The notes beneath the pieces were generated by a model that saw only the letters and a list, made by a program, of their open reading frames with translations, ran no database searches and had not been told where the DNA came from. Shown in pieces: positions 32,425 through 43,183 of a stretch of 64,000 nucleotides of DNA. Position 1 is the stretch's first letter. Each line of letters opens with the position of its first letter. This stretch comes from an uncultured virus (IMG/VR IMGVR_UViG_3300028895_001288) (Duplodnaviria > Heunggongvirae > Uroviricota > Caudoviricetes): the IMG/VR virus record IMGVR_UViG_3300028895_001288. The stretch is one strand, 5' to 3'. The position numbers were made by a program, and so were the translations under genes.

Positions 32425-33314
32425 GGCTACACATCCTTGGGCCGCGCCAAGACCGGCCCGCGTATTTCGACATGGCTTGCCGTTGCAAGCCGCACAAGGC
32501 CCGCTGGTACGGGGGCGGGTTCCGCATGGGCGACCGGGCCGCGGCCTACGTCTACCTGTCGGAGTGGCGCCACCACAATCCCAACCGCAAGCTGATCGTG
32601 CTGGACAACGTCGGCTTGCCGGGCACGTTTCCCGAGATGAGCGCGGACTGGCTTTTTGCCGGCATCGCGGACGAGGCGTACGTCGCTTGCGGGCCGTCCA
32701 GCCCGATACCCGTTCCGCGCGGTGAGCGGCTCTACACGCAGTCGCTGTGGCTGACGTGGCGGCAGCTAAGGATGAGGCATGACAAGCTGCCCAAGCCCGC
32801 GATCAGGCCCGACAGGGAGGCATTGCAGACTACGTCCCGCTGGTCCGAAACGATCAATCTGCCCCCGTTCTACGTGACGTTGCAGCCGCTTTACGACGCC
32901 AAGTACGAGGGTTTCCGCAATCAGTCGATCGAGTGGTGGCAGGAGGTGTGCACGTCTCTCAACCGGCGTGGTATACCCGTGCTGGTGCTGGACTGCTTCA
33001 CTTCGGCTTTTCCCATACCTGAAGGCTGCTACCCGCAACTGAAGTGGCCGGCCAAGACAACGATCATGTACAGCATGGCGCTCGTCTCCAACGCCTGCGT
33101 CCACGTGGGCGGACAGACGGGCCTGACGTTGTGGTCGGCGATCTTCGGCGTGCCCACCGTGGCCGCCTACAAGCACTGGGGCATCATGGACCACAGGGAC
33201 GCCCGACCCATACCGTTTGGCGCTCCCGTCGAGCCTGCCGATCTGCGTGGACCGCCTGATGCGGTGGCTCAGAAAGTAGAGAAACTGTTCTATACCAAAG
33301 CGGTCCGGGCGTAG
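32421..33314 (+). CDS. GT9-like glycosyltransferase
   Basis: RMGDR; RNQSIEWW; HVGGQTGLTLWSAIFGVPTV. Confidence 0.65.
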   Translation: MRLHILGPRQDRPAYFDMACRCKPHKARWYGGGFRMGDRAAAYVYLSEWRHHNPNRKLIVLDNVGLPGTFPEMSADWLFAGIADEAYVACGPSSPIPVPRGERLYTQSLWLTWRQLRMRHDKLPKPAIRPDREALQTTSRWSETINLPPFYVTLQPLYDAKYEGFRNQSIEWWQEVCTSLNRRGIPVLVLDCFTSAFPIPEGCYPQLKWPAKTTIMYSMALVSNACVHVGGQTGLTLWSAIFGVPTVAAYKHWGIMDHRDARPIPFGAPVEPADLRGPPDAVAQKVEKLFYTKAVRA

Positions 33315-33340
33315 GTACAATCCGCGAGAGGAGACGCATC

Positions 33341-34390
33341 ATGCTGGTCAAGATGTATCCGCAGGAGAAGGGCCTGACGTTTGGCCTGAACAAGTACCCG
33401 GGCGCCGAGCTGCGCGGCTGCGTCAACGATTCAGAGGACATGGCCAACGAGCAGGTCAGGGCCTACGACTGGGACCCCGGCAATATCCGGCTCTTGACCG
33501 ACTTCCGCTGCACGCGTAAGGAGATGTTCAAGCGGCTGGAGTGGCTGGTGGACGTGAAGAAGGGTGATCGTGTCTTCTTCCACCAGAGCGGGCATGGCGT
33601 GCAGTTTCCCTCCCGCTCCTACAGCGGCGAGCCCGATGGCCTGCTCGAGGCGTTCTGCCCGATCGACTTCGCGTGGTGTCTGGACGGGATGGTGACCGAC
33701 AAGGACTACGTGGAGTTCTTCAGCCGCATCCCCAGAGGGGTTGAGTTCACCTGGGTGAACGACTCCTGCCACTCGGGCGACCTGACCCGGGCGCAGCCCG
33801 GCAACCCGCACGGCCCAACGATCGTCCCGCGGTCCTATCCCGTCCCCGAGGACATCGCCTGGCGGCACAAGGGCCTGAAGACCCGCAACATCAAGAGCAT
33901 GGAGCGGGCCATGGTCTGCGGGAAGATGGACGTGGGTTTCGTGAGTGCCTCACGCTCCGATCAAACAGCAGCCGACACCTTTGTCAACGGACGCCCCTGC
34001 GGGGCGCTCACGCATTACTTCCTCCAGACATTGCGAGGAAATCGCCAGCTCCCGCTCGAAACGGTGGTGAGCATGACGAGGGACACGTTGCGGGCGCAGG
34101 GTTATACCCAGGAGCCGCAGGCCGAAGGCCGGCGCGTGGACAAGCCGTTCATGATAAACAGGGCGGTTCCCGGTGCGCCCGGTGCTGTAGGTTGCATCAG
34201 CCAAACAGGGCCAACCGGTCCGGTCGAGGAGCAGGTGGGCGTTACCCACGCTTCCACCCCCGAGTCTCACTTAGATCCGGTCGGACCGGGCGGTGTGACC
34301 GGCGTTATGGGTCCGGCTGGGACCTACTTGCTGCCTTTCGACAAGGAAGGCGCGCAGAACGTCTGTCCGCACTGCGGGAAGACAAAATGA
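33341..34390 (+). CDS. Metacaspase (peptidase C14 family)
   Basis: GLNKYP..LRGCVND, SGHG and DSCHSG catalytic dyad motifs, SASRSDQTAAD, GALT, QEPQ; Gly-X-Y-like tail ending in CPHC. Confidence 0.92.
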   Translation: MLVKMYPQEKGLTFGLNKYPGAELRGCVNDSEDMANEQVRAYDWDPGNIRLLTDFRCTRKEMFKRLEWLVDVKKGDRVFFHQSGHGVQFPSRSYSGEPDGLLEAFCPIDFAWCLDGMVTDKDYVEFFSRIPRGVEFTWVNDSCHSGDLTRAQPGNPHGPTIVPRSYPVPEDIAWRHKGLKTRNIKSMERAMVCGKMDVGFVSASRSDQTAADTFVNGRPCGALTHYFLQTLRGNRQLPLETVVSMTRDTLRAQGYTQEPQAEGRRVDKPFMINRAVPGAPGAVGCISQTGPTGPVEEQVGVTHASTPESHLDPVGPGGVTGVMGPAGTYLLPFDKEGAQNVCPHCGKTK

Positions 34391-34506
34391 AGAACGGTTC
34401 CAAGAAGGCCCTCTATGCCCTGCTGGCCATAGGGCTCGTGCTGCTGATCTTCGGCGTGGTGCTCTTCGCCCACGTGGCGTTCCGGTTCATGCTTGAAACG
34501 AGGTGA
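34387..34506 (+). CDS. Small membrane protein
   Basis: 39 aa, single hydrophobic helix, ATGA overlap. Confidence 0.55.
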   Translation: MKNGSKKALYALLAIGLVLLIFGVVLFAHVAFRFMLETR

Positions 34507-34509
34507 GTC

Positions 34510-35436
34510 ATGGCTTGGATCATCAGTGCTGTCCTCTTCCTGTGTTGGGGCGCCTACATCGGCCGCCACGACGGGAGCGCCGACTCGGGCGGCCTCAAGC
34601 ATCTCCTCTATCGCATCTGGCGTCGCCTGGCCTTCTGGGCCGGCGACGTCAGGTTCTGGTGGGAGTGGTACTTCGGGTTCATCCCGCTACCGCGGTTCTC
34701 TTGGGCGCACCATGAGTACGCCATCACCTACGAGACCCTGCTTGATGCCTGTAAGCGCTTGCAGCCAGGCGACATCATGCTGGCCACCAAGAAGGGCTAC
34801 ATCTTCTCCAACTCGGCAATCCCGGGGTGTTTCAAGCACGCCGGCATCATCGTGCAAGGCCCCGACTCCGCGAGGGTGCAACCGGTAGACCCCCCTGACA
34901 GGCCGTTTTCGACCCCCGACCTCGCGAGGGTGCAACTCGTTGAGGCGATCTCCGAGGGCGTGGTCAGGCGCCACCCCCTGTGGGCCCGGGGCGACCTGAT
35001 GATCTTCCTCAGGCCCAAGCACGCGCAGGACAAGGACCGGGAGAAGGCCGTTGAGATCGCCCACGCCATCGTCGGCTGCAAGTACGACGCCTCCTTCAAG
35101 TTCAACATGGAGGAGGAGCTGAAGCTGCTGGCCGAGCAGGAGGAGAGCCCGCTGGTCGAGAACGTGGAGGAGCTGCACCGTTCCATGCGGAACCTCCGCT
35201 CCGAGTACGATATGTCCTTCAGCTGCACGGAGGTTGTGGCGACGGCCTGGTGGCATATGCGCAAGCGGTTGGGGATCGCCCGCAAGAAGGTCAGGGGCAG
35301 GTTGTGCATCACGGCCGACCAATTTTTAAACAGGGACTTCAAGGTCGTGTGGACAAATGTTACAGTGGGGCAGGCTGAGAAGGCCGGCCTTGGTGAAGAG
35401 GGGGTTCGGGAGCTGAAAGCGTACTGGAACGAATAA
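34510..35436 (+). CDS. Permuted papain-like (YiiX/YebB, NlpC/P60 superfamily) amidase with N-terminal membrane segment
   Basis: LQPGDIML, FKHAGI, VEAISEGV, VGCKYD..F, FSCTEVV. Confidence 0.8.
   Translation: MAWIISAVLFLCWGAYIGRHDGSADSGGLKHLLYRIWRRLAFWAGDVRFWWEWYFGFIPLPRFSWAHHEYAITYETLLDACKRLQPGDIMLATKKGYIFSNSAIPGCFKHAGIIVQGPDSARVQPVDPPDRPFSTPDLARVQLVEAISEGVVRRHPLWARGDLMIFLRPKHAQDKDREKAVEIAHAIVGCKYDASFKFNMEEELKLLAEQEESPLVENVEELHRSMRNLRSEYDMSFSCTEVVATAWWHMRKRLGIARKKVRGRLCITADQFLNRDFKVVWTNVTVGQAEKAGLGEEGVRELKAYWNE
34861..34936 (+). repeat. 22-bp imperfect direct repeat inside the papain-like gene
   Basis: CCCGACTCCGCGAGGGTGCAAC (34861) vs CCCGACCTCGCGAGGGTGCAAC (34915). Confidence 0.8.
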
Positions 35437-35882
35437 TGGGCTTCAGAAACATCCACCCAGTCAAGATTGAGAAGAAGTGGGGCCACGAGCTTTGCGTGGT
35501 CACCAAGCACCCCGTGGACGGACCGGCCGGCTACTCGGGTAAGATCCTCACACTCGACTACGGCTGGCAGTGCTCGATCCACTATCACGTGCACAAGACG
35601 GAGACGTTCTTCGTGCTGGAGGGGAAGCTGGTCCTTGAGCTTTACGACCTGAAGGCGTCCTTCGTCAAGACGGCGCCCCCCAGGAACCCCTCCATGGACG
35701 ATGTCCGGTTGGCGATCTCGACGGTGCTGGAACCGGGACAAGGCATGACGCTGGACCCGCTGACGCCGCACCGCTTCTGGACCGTGACGCTGGACGGATG
35801 CAAGTTCGTGGAGTTTTCCACGCCCGACGACCCGTCGGACAGTTACCGCATCACGACATCGGGACCGAAAGATGCAAAGTAA
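35436..35882 (+). CDS. Cupin (sugar isomerase-like)
   Basis: EKKWGHE, SIHYHVHKTETFFVLEG, PLTPHRF, EFSTPD. Confidence 0.85.
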   Translation: MGFRNIHPVKIEKKWGHELCVVTKHPVDGPAGYSGKILTLDYGWQCSIHYHVHKTETFFVLEGKLVLELYDLKASFVKTAPPRNPSMDDVRLAISTVLEPGQGMTLDPLTPHRFWTVTLDGCKFVEFSTPDDPSDSYRITTSGPKDAK

Positions 35883-36112
35883 GATGCCGTACATCCTGAA
35901 GTTCCACTCACCCCGCGACGGTGTGCTGTCCACCACGCACATCGACGCGGAGGACGACCCGGACGCCATGGACCAGGCGCTGGAGCGTATCAACAGACGT
36001 ACCGCGGAAGGCCTGGAGGGGGATCACGTACTGATCGGACCAGGGGGCCGCAAACTCAAACTCGATCTTGTCGGCTGCGCGCCGGCGGACTGACCACCAC
36101 GGAAAATCGAAT

Positions 36113-39100
36113 ATGTCTCGCGACGAGTTTCAGATCCTGTTTAACCAGGAGCCAACCGCCCGCGATTACTTTCCAGAGGGGCTCGACGAGAACCCGCTGG
36201 ACCTGTTCGTCAAGGCGTTGGCGAGCGGGAACTACGCGGAGACCGGGTTGTCGGGGCTTCGCCGCAAGGGCACGATTTCGGACCTACCGGCGCACGCCAA
36301 CGCGACCCAGATTGTAGACTACCAGGACAAGCACGGACGGCTGCCCCGCCGCATTTCCAAGACACTGCGCACGGCTGAGGGAGGAAACGTCTTTATTCAT
36401 GGCTTGTGGTTCTACTCGGCGACGGGCGTGCTGTGCGACACGTTTTTCCACGCTGCAGGTGAGAAGCACTGGGACGCCAGCTGGGACGAGGAAAGCTTCT
36501 TTTGCACGCGTGCTCCAAGGGCGCCTGGCAGACACACGCCGTTCCTGCACTCGGAAGAACATAACACGGAGCGTCCTCCGTTTGCTGTCGCGTGGTGGTG
36601 GGAGCGGCTGACGAAGCTGCCGTTGCCGCCGATGATGAATTATATGGTGAACAAGGAGCTGACCTTCTCGCAACTGGCCGACTTGCTGACGGTGGGCGCG
36701 CCATGGACATAAAGAAGGACTCGCCCCTGATGGCGTGGATCAAGGCGCTGGGTGACGACAGCTACATCACGCAGTGGAAGGATTACGGCTACCACCCGCC
36801 CCAGCTGCGGACCGTGATCTACGAGCCGTCGGGGACGGGCAAGGAGGCGACACACATCCTCTGGTCGCCGATGGGCGTCCTGGCCGACGCGTTCGTGCAG
36901 CGGCACTGCAAGGCGCCGCTGTACTCGATGTGGGTCGACCGTTGGATGCGGGTCAGCCCCGTGGGCGGCCCGCACCTGTCCTTTGACGAGGCGTGGCCGC
37001 TGCCCTGGCCCATCGAGACGTGGTGGAAGAACTGGCATGCCGACCTTCCTTTCAAGAAAGTAGGGGACTACATGTTTGAACCGCAAGCGAACTTCCGGCA
37101 GTTGGCCGACCTGTTGGCTGTGGGGGCACCGTGGGTGAGCCACTAGAGTCGTGGATACTCAGCCTGTCGACCAAGGAGTACGAGCAGGAGATGGATTCCC
37201 CCATGCTGCGGCGCATCTACAGGGAGGCTGTCGCCACGAGCGACAACGTGTGCTACCGGGGCCAGCTGCTGAAGAAGGGCGAGAAGATTGTGATCCCGGA
37301 CAACATTGATCGGGTCGGCGACTCGGCTTTCTGGGATATGCAGAGGCATCTGGTGACGCTCGGCAAGGTCATCAAGTTCACGGCTTCCGGCGTGCTGTGC
37401 CAGCAGTGCCTGAAGTACGCGCCGATGCCGACGCGCGGCGGCATGTGGGACGGGCTCGAGTTCAGCTGTAAGGGACTCTTCTGTCAGGAGTCGCCGCATC
37501 TGCATATGTGGCCGCTGCCATGTGTGGTGCGGGCCTGGTGGAGCGACTACGAGGATCTGCCGCTGGAGCCGCTGAAACCGTACCTGGAGAACATCAAGAT
37601 GTCGTTTGACGAGCTGGCTACGCTGTTAGCGGTGGGCGCGCCATGGGCATGACGTATTGGGACTACCAGCCGCTGGGACTCTGGATCGAAGGGCTGCGTA
37701 ACGTCTACAAGGAGATCGATTACGGTGACGACGCGCCGCCCGATCGCGTGCCGTTGTACACCGGCCACCCGGCGGAGCACGCTTTGAGCTTGAGGAGGTT
37801 TTCACCTGCCGGCGTGTTGTGTGCCCTTCTAACCCTAAAGGGGCCGTCGGTGGGCGCGCATATGAGCAACGGGGAATTCAAATGGGTGGAAGGTTGCGCC
37901 GACCGGCCCGTCTACCGTACAGCGAAGTGGGCGGACGAAATGCCGGAGCCCGTCATTGCGTGGTGGCACAAGTCTCACGACGACCTGCCGTTCGAGAAGC
38001 TGATGCCGTTCCTGACCGACCCGCACTTGCGGTTCAAGCCGTTCGCTGACCTTTTGGAGATGCACGCGCCATGGGCGTGAGAGACGAGATCCTGGAGAAG
38101 GTGTTCAAGGGCAGCTCCGAGCAGCACGCGATGCGCTTGAAGCTGGTGACGCCCATGGAGGTGTGGGTGCAGTCGCTGCGCGGACGGCTTGATAACGAAC
38201 ACCGGACGGTATACGAACAGGCCCACACCACGCAGCTGCGCACGCGTGGCAGTTTCACCAGAGGCGCGGCCAGCGCGATAGCAGACTTCACGAGGGTCAA
38301 GATGAAGGAAGAGGGTTTCTGGCGGAAGATCATGCCGCCCACGCCTATCGGCAAGTCCACAACGATGGCGCAGACTACAGTGAAGCAGGCGTACAGGAGC
38401 ACGCCGAACGTGAACGGTGACGTCTTCGGTTTGGACATATGGGACTACTCGGCGCTGGGCGTGCTGTGCGACCTGTATCTGCGTTTCGAGCGCCAGCACA
38501 GGGGCGACGCCTCGTGGCGGGGTAACGAGTTCCAGTGGTTGGTCAAGGGCAAGTTGAGGAGATCGAATTCATGCAAGAAGGTTCCCACGCCGGTAAGAAT
38601 GTGGTGGGAACGGCATCACGGGGAACTTCCGTTCAGGAACCTGAAGGCCTACCTGCGCAACCCGTATCTGAAGTTCGAACAGTTCGCGGACCTGCTGGAG
38701 ATGCACGGGCCATGGACCTGAAAGGTTACAAGCCGCTGCCGCCACTGACGCTGTGGGTGGATGCGCTGCGCAGCAAGGGATATAACCCTACGGACGCGAA
38801 GGCGCTCCGCAAGAAACGCAGGATTACGATCGACGGCGTCGAGCTCGTCTCGGGCGATAATGTGATGGCCCACGACTCGGGCAAGACGATGTACATACAA
38901 GACTGGGCATACTCGCCGATGGGGGTGCTGTGCGATCTCTACCTGAACTACGTGCCGCTTTCCTACCGGTCCAAATGGCGCTGCGCGTGGAAGGGGCAGT
39001 ACTTTCGTTGGATGGTCCGTGGCAAGTGGAGCAGGCAAAAGTCCAGGCATCAGATGCCCACGCCCATCTACGAGTGGTGGAGCAAGCACCACCGCAAGCT

Positions 39101-39784
39101 GAAGATCGAGCCGCTGAGGCCGTTCCTGAAGGACAAGGACCTCAGGTTTGACATGTTTGCGGACCTGCTGGAATTGCACGCGCCGTGGTCGATGGACCCG
39201 GCGCTGCTGGGCTACGAAGCTGACCGGCCCAAGCCTTTGCCTTTTTCCACGTTGCCTCTTGACAGGCATATCCGCGGACCTCGCTTCCGCTGTTTAGAGA
39301 AACCCGAGGGAGTAGAGGAGTGATCGGGATCGATCACCAGGGGCCGTTGCAGTGGTGGTTGAAGGAGATGAAGAAAGGGTACAAGGACCACACCCGACAC
39401 GGGTACTACAGTCGCCCGCCGCTATGCCGGACTGTTGAAACCTTTCGGACGTATTCCCCCGGCGGTGTTTTGTGCCAGGCGTACAGCGGCGTTATGGGCA
39501 CGCATGGGTTCAGCTACGCCTACGAGGGGCATGGTCGCCTCTACCCGGAATGTGTACCGTTCGTGTGGCGGACCCGGTGCGGCCGTACGTGTGGCAGCAT
39601 CTTCAGCGTGCCCAAACCGGTGCGCGAGTGGTGGGCGAGCCACTACTACAGCGAGCTGCCGTTCAGCGCGTTGATCCCCTATCTCGAAGACAAGAACCTT
39701 ACGATCGACGCCTTCTCGGTGCTCCTGATGACGGGGGCGCCGTGGCTGGGTTGTGAGGACAAACCGTTGAAAGGATCGAAATGA
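36113..39784 (+). repeat. Paralogue array B: 7 tandem genes with (Y/F/W)SxxGVLC and C-terminal F..(L/F)ADLL..(G/H)APW motifs
   Basis: Members 36113-36712, 36703-37146, 37131-37652, 37643-38080, 38071-38721, 38712-39323, 39320-39784. Confidence 0.9.
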
Positions 39785-40225
39785 GCGAAGCGGCCAAACG
39801 GGCCAGAAGGTTGCGGCAGCAGGGGTTTGACAAGGCGTTCGTGGACCGGTCGACCGGCGCGGTCTGCGTGCGTTGCAGCCAGTGTGAGGCGCTGGTGATA
39901 TGCGGGGTGCCCTGCCACGAGAAGGGCTGCCCGAACGAGGTGAGGGATGACGACTGAGGAAGACCTGAAAGAGGCGCTGGCCGGCATGTGCTACCAGTTC
40001 GCCTACCGCGGCAAGACGAAAGAGGGCCGCCTGACCATCTGGACGGGCGGCCTTTCTGCACTGGAGCTGGCGTTTCAGGAGCTGGGGTGGGAGGACCCTC
40101 ACCCTTACCCGGAAGGGGAATGCCAGAACGAGGGCTGCTACAACGAGGCGACCTGCGGGAAGCCTACACCCGAGGGTTACAAGTTCCTGTGTGGGAGCTG
40201 CGATGCCAAAAAACACTCTCCGTAG
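39781..40225 (+). other. Two small Cys-rich genes (39781-39957, 39947-40225)
   Basis: CSQC..CHEKGC and CQNEGC..CGSC motifs; coupled. Confidence 0.6.
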
Positions 40226-41713
40226 CGTCAAAATCACGTTCGACCGGAAGGATCGCTGCATCGACGAATACGGTGTTTGGGTGTGGTGGTACCGGACTTC
40301 TAGCCGCTTTGCTATCCAGCAGGCCGATAGTGACAACCACGTCGACCCGGACAGAATGATCGGTATCCCACGTAACCTCCGGGTCCTGAAGGCCCTGATC
40401 AAGGAGCTGCAGTGGCACGTGACGGACCTGGAGGCGGACCAGCTGACAAAGGGGACGCTCGATGGAGATACCACCGATGCCGGCGGCACGTAAGCGCAAG
40501 CGCGTGAACTTCGACGTCAAGATCCCCGTAACAGACAATCATACGGAGGGGGTGATCGGGGGCTTGCGGCTCACCGACTTCCTTGCCGACGAGCACACAC
40601 CCGTAGGGAAGGTGTGGTTTACGCCCATAGTCAGGTGGACGTACCCGAGAAGCGGCAAGAAGAGCGAGACGCGCGGAAACATACTGTCGATCCCGCGCGA
40701 CCCGAAGGCCCTGCGCAAGATCGCGGCGTTTCTGCTGGACGTGGCCGACGACGCGGAGGCCGATCAACTGACGAAAGGAACACTCGATGCCGAACCAGAT
40801 TGAGCGGGTGATGTTGCCGCTGACGAGGGACGGTGAGCCGTTCATGCTCGAAGTGCTGGACGACGAGGCGCGCGAACGGGTGTCTTTCCGTCCGGTCATA
40901 ATGGACAAGAACACGTACGCGAACTACGACCTCGAGCGGTACGGCGAGATGGTAACCGTACCGCGGGTTGCGCGCGTGTTGCGCGAGATCGGACAGATCC
41001 TGCTGGACAGGGCGACGGACATCGAAGCCGATCAACTGGCGAAAGGGACACTGGATGACTGAGAGCATACCGTATCCGTACGAGTACAACATAACGGTGG
41101 GTGGCATGCTGGTGGACACGTGTCACCGGATGGTTGGTCTGCCCGGACACTTCGAGGTTCGGATCACGCCGTTTTACAGGGGCGGATCGTACGTTGACCG
41201 GGGAAACAACGCGTCGCCGATCACCATCCCTCGAAAGAAGGAGGTGCTGGAGCGGTTCATCAAGGTGTTCCAGGCGGCGATAACGGACATAGAGGCCGAG
41301 GCGCTGGCAAGGGGGTTGGAGGAGATCAGGTTCGAGCACACCGAGACGGGAATCTGCCGGAAGCGTGACCCCGAGACCGGACAGGAGCTGAGAAGGGAGA
41401 GCGGATGACGGATCACGAAAAGAAGGTGCAGGACCTGGTTATCGAGTTTCCGCCGAGCTTTGCCGGGTGGTTCAACGCTCGTTCGTGCGGGGTTTGCATC
41501 TCTTTCAGGCAAAGAGGCACGAGTCTTCACGACATGACGAGGGAAGACAACGCCGCACCTATGAGGTGTACGAACCCAACCATCGTGTTCCCCAATAATG
41601 TCCAGTTCCTGCGCACGCTGAGCGAGGCGCTGGGGATCGTGGCCGATGACCTGGAAGCCGACAACCTGACCCGGGGCATCGAGGAGGAGAAGGTGAGGGT
41701 TTACGCATGGTGA
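40203..41713 (+). repeat. Paralogue array C: 5 tandem genes with C-terminal IPR...LR...D(L/I)EADQLTKG motif
   Basis: Members 40203-40493, 40462-40803, 40787-41062, 41055-41408, 41405-41713. Confidence 0.88.
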
Positions 41714-42848
41714 TCGTACCCAAGAGCTATGCCAAGCATTACTGGGGCAACCTGTGTGAGATCACGCGCTGCCCGAGGGAGGGCTGCGACGGCGACCTGC
41801 GTTTCTCCGTAGGTGGCGACGAGAACACGGACTGGAAGCAGGGGTGCGGCGGCTACGAGGACGCGCCCACGGCCAAGTTTCGGTGTCAGAAGTGCAACCT
41901 GGGTATCGTTATCTCGAACCCCAGGTCGTTTCTGACCAAGAACTGTTTCGATAAGGACGGAAAGCTGAGGAAGCGAGATGATTCACGGACTGGAGATGAT
42001 AAAGGAGCATAAGTGGTTCAAGGACCACCAGGTCACGAGCCACAGCATCGACCGCATCGTCTGGCAGAAGCCAGGCTCGTCGGTCTACCGGGCGGATTAC
42101 ATCCTGCACGGGCCGTTCCTGGCCGTCGTGGGCGACATGGGCGAGGCCGTCTACCAGTGGTCGGAGAACCTGACGTGGGCGTTCCTGAACGGGCTGAACT
42201 TCGGCTACTTCCACAGCAAGTGCCGGGCGAGCCCCAAGGGGTTCCCCTGGTACGACTGGGACGAGCAGGTGGCCAGGAAACAGGTGGACGAGCTGTTCGA
42301 CGGCAGCGATTACCTGGACAAGAGCAATCGCGACGAGTGCCTGTCCGCCTGCAGCAGCGAGTCGGACTGGCAGATGTTCACGATGGAGAAGGGCTACGAG
42401 ATGTTGGGCAGCGACTGGTGGGAGCTGAACATCGGCAAGGTGCCGGCATTGCAGTGCGTGGGGCACTGGTACGGCCTCAAGCTGGCAACAAACTTCACAT
42501 TGGGGAAAACGGATGGCTAAGAGAAGGAAGATCTGGGTCGTGGAGAGCTGCTGTCACGACGAGGACCAGAAGTTCGCGGATGTCATCGCGGCCGGCTCCA
42601 GCGAGGAGGCGGTGCGCGAGGCGAAGCTGTTGCGCGAGCGTTATGCGGAGGGCTTCGAGGCCTGCACGCTGGCCGAGCACATCAAGTGGCTGAAGCGCGG
42701 CCTGAAGGTCTACGAGAAATACGTCGGCAAGCCGGAGAAGGCGCAGAAGGAGTGGGACGAGTTCCTGAAGCAGGAGGACCCCGAGCTGGTCCGCGACGAG
42801 AACGGACGCCTGACACACAAGGAAGACCTGGAGGACGAGGACGAGTGA
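41707..42848 (+). other. Hypothetical genes 41707-42012, 41978-42520, 42513-42848
   Basis: Coupled ORFs; 41978 carries a phage-type LAVVGDMGEAVY...YF.SK motif. Confidence 0.65.
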
Positions 42849-43183
42849 CGTACCTCTACCACTTGACCTGGGACATCCGCGTGCCGTCGATCTTGAAGAA
42901 GGGACTTATCCCCAACTACCGCCCCAACAAATGGTCGATGCCAAGGGCGCTCAAGCGTAGCAAGGGGCGGACGTTCCTATGTAAGCACAGTCGCAGGGGG
43001 TACTGGTCGTCGGTGTTCGGGGGCGGCTGGGCGGGGCGTGTCAAGAACGCCACGCTGGTCTGGTTGAAGGTTAACGTCAAGGGCCTGAGGTTAAGGAAGG
43101 ACAAGGGGACCCTGGAAGGCGATTTCTCGATTACAAAGGTGATTCCACCAGAGAGGATCAAACTGGATGCGAGGAGGTCCTAA
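42845..43183 (+). CDS. Small ADP-ribosyltransferase-fold (Tpt1/KptA-like) protein
   Basis: LYHLT...SILKKGL.P...TFL...WLKV...IPPERI. Confidence 0.6.
   Translation: MTYLYHLTWDIRVPSILKKGLIPNYRPNKWSMPRALKRSKGRTFLCKHSRRGYWSSVFGGGWAGRVKNATLVWLKVNVKGLRLRKDKGTLEGDFSITKVIPPERIKLDARRS

Noticed and set aside
20114..41713. CRISPR array, integron attC cassettes or DGR template/variable repeats as the explanation for the arrays
   Set aside because: Repeats are coding, vary at synonymous positions, lack palindromic attC structure or adenine-specific differences, and no integrase, reverse transcriptase or cas gene is in the window
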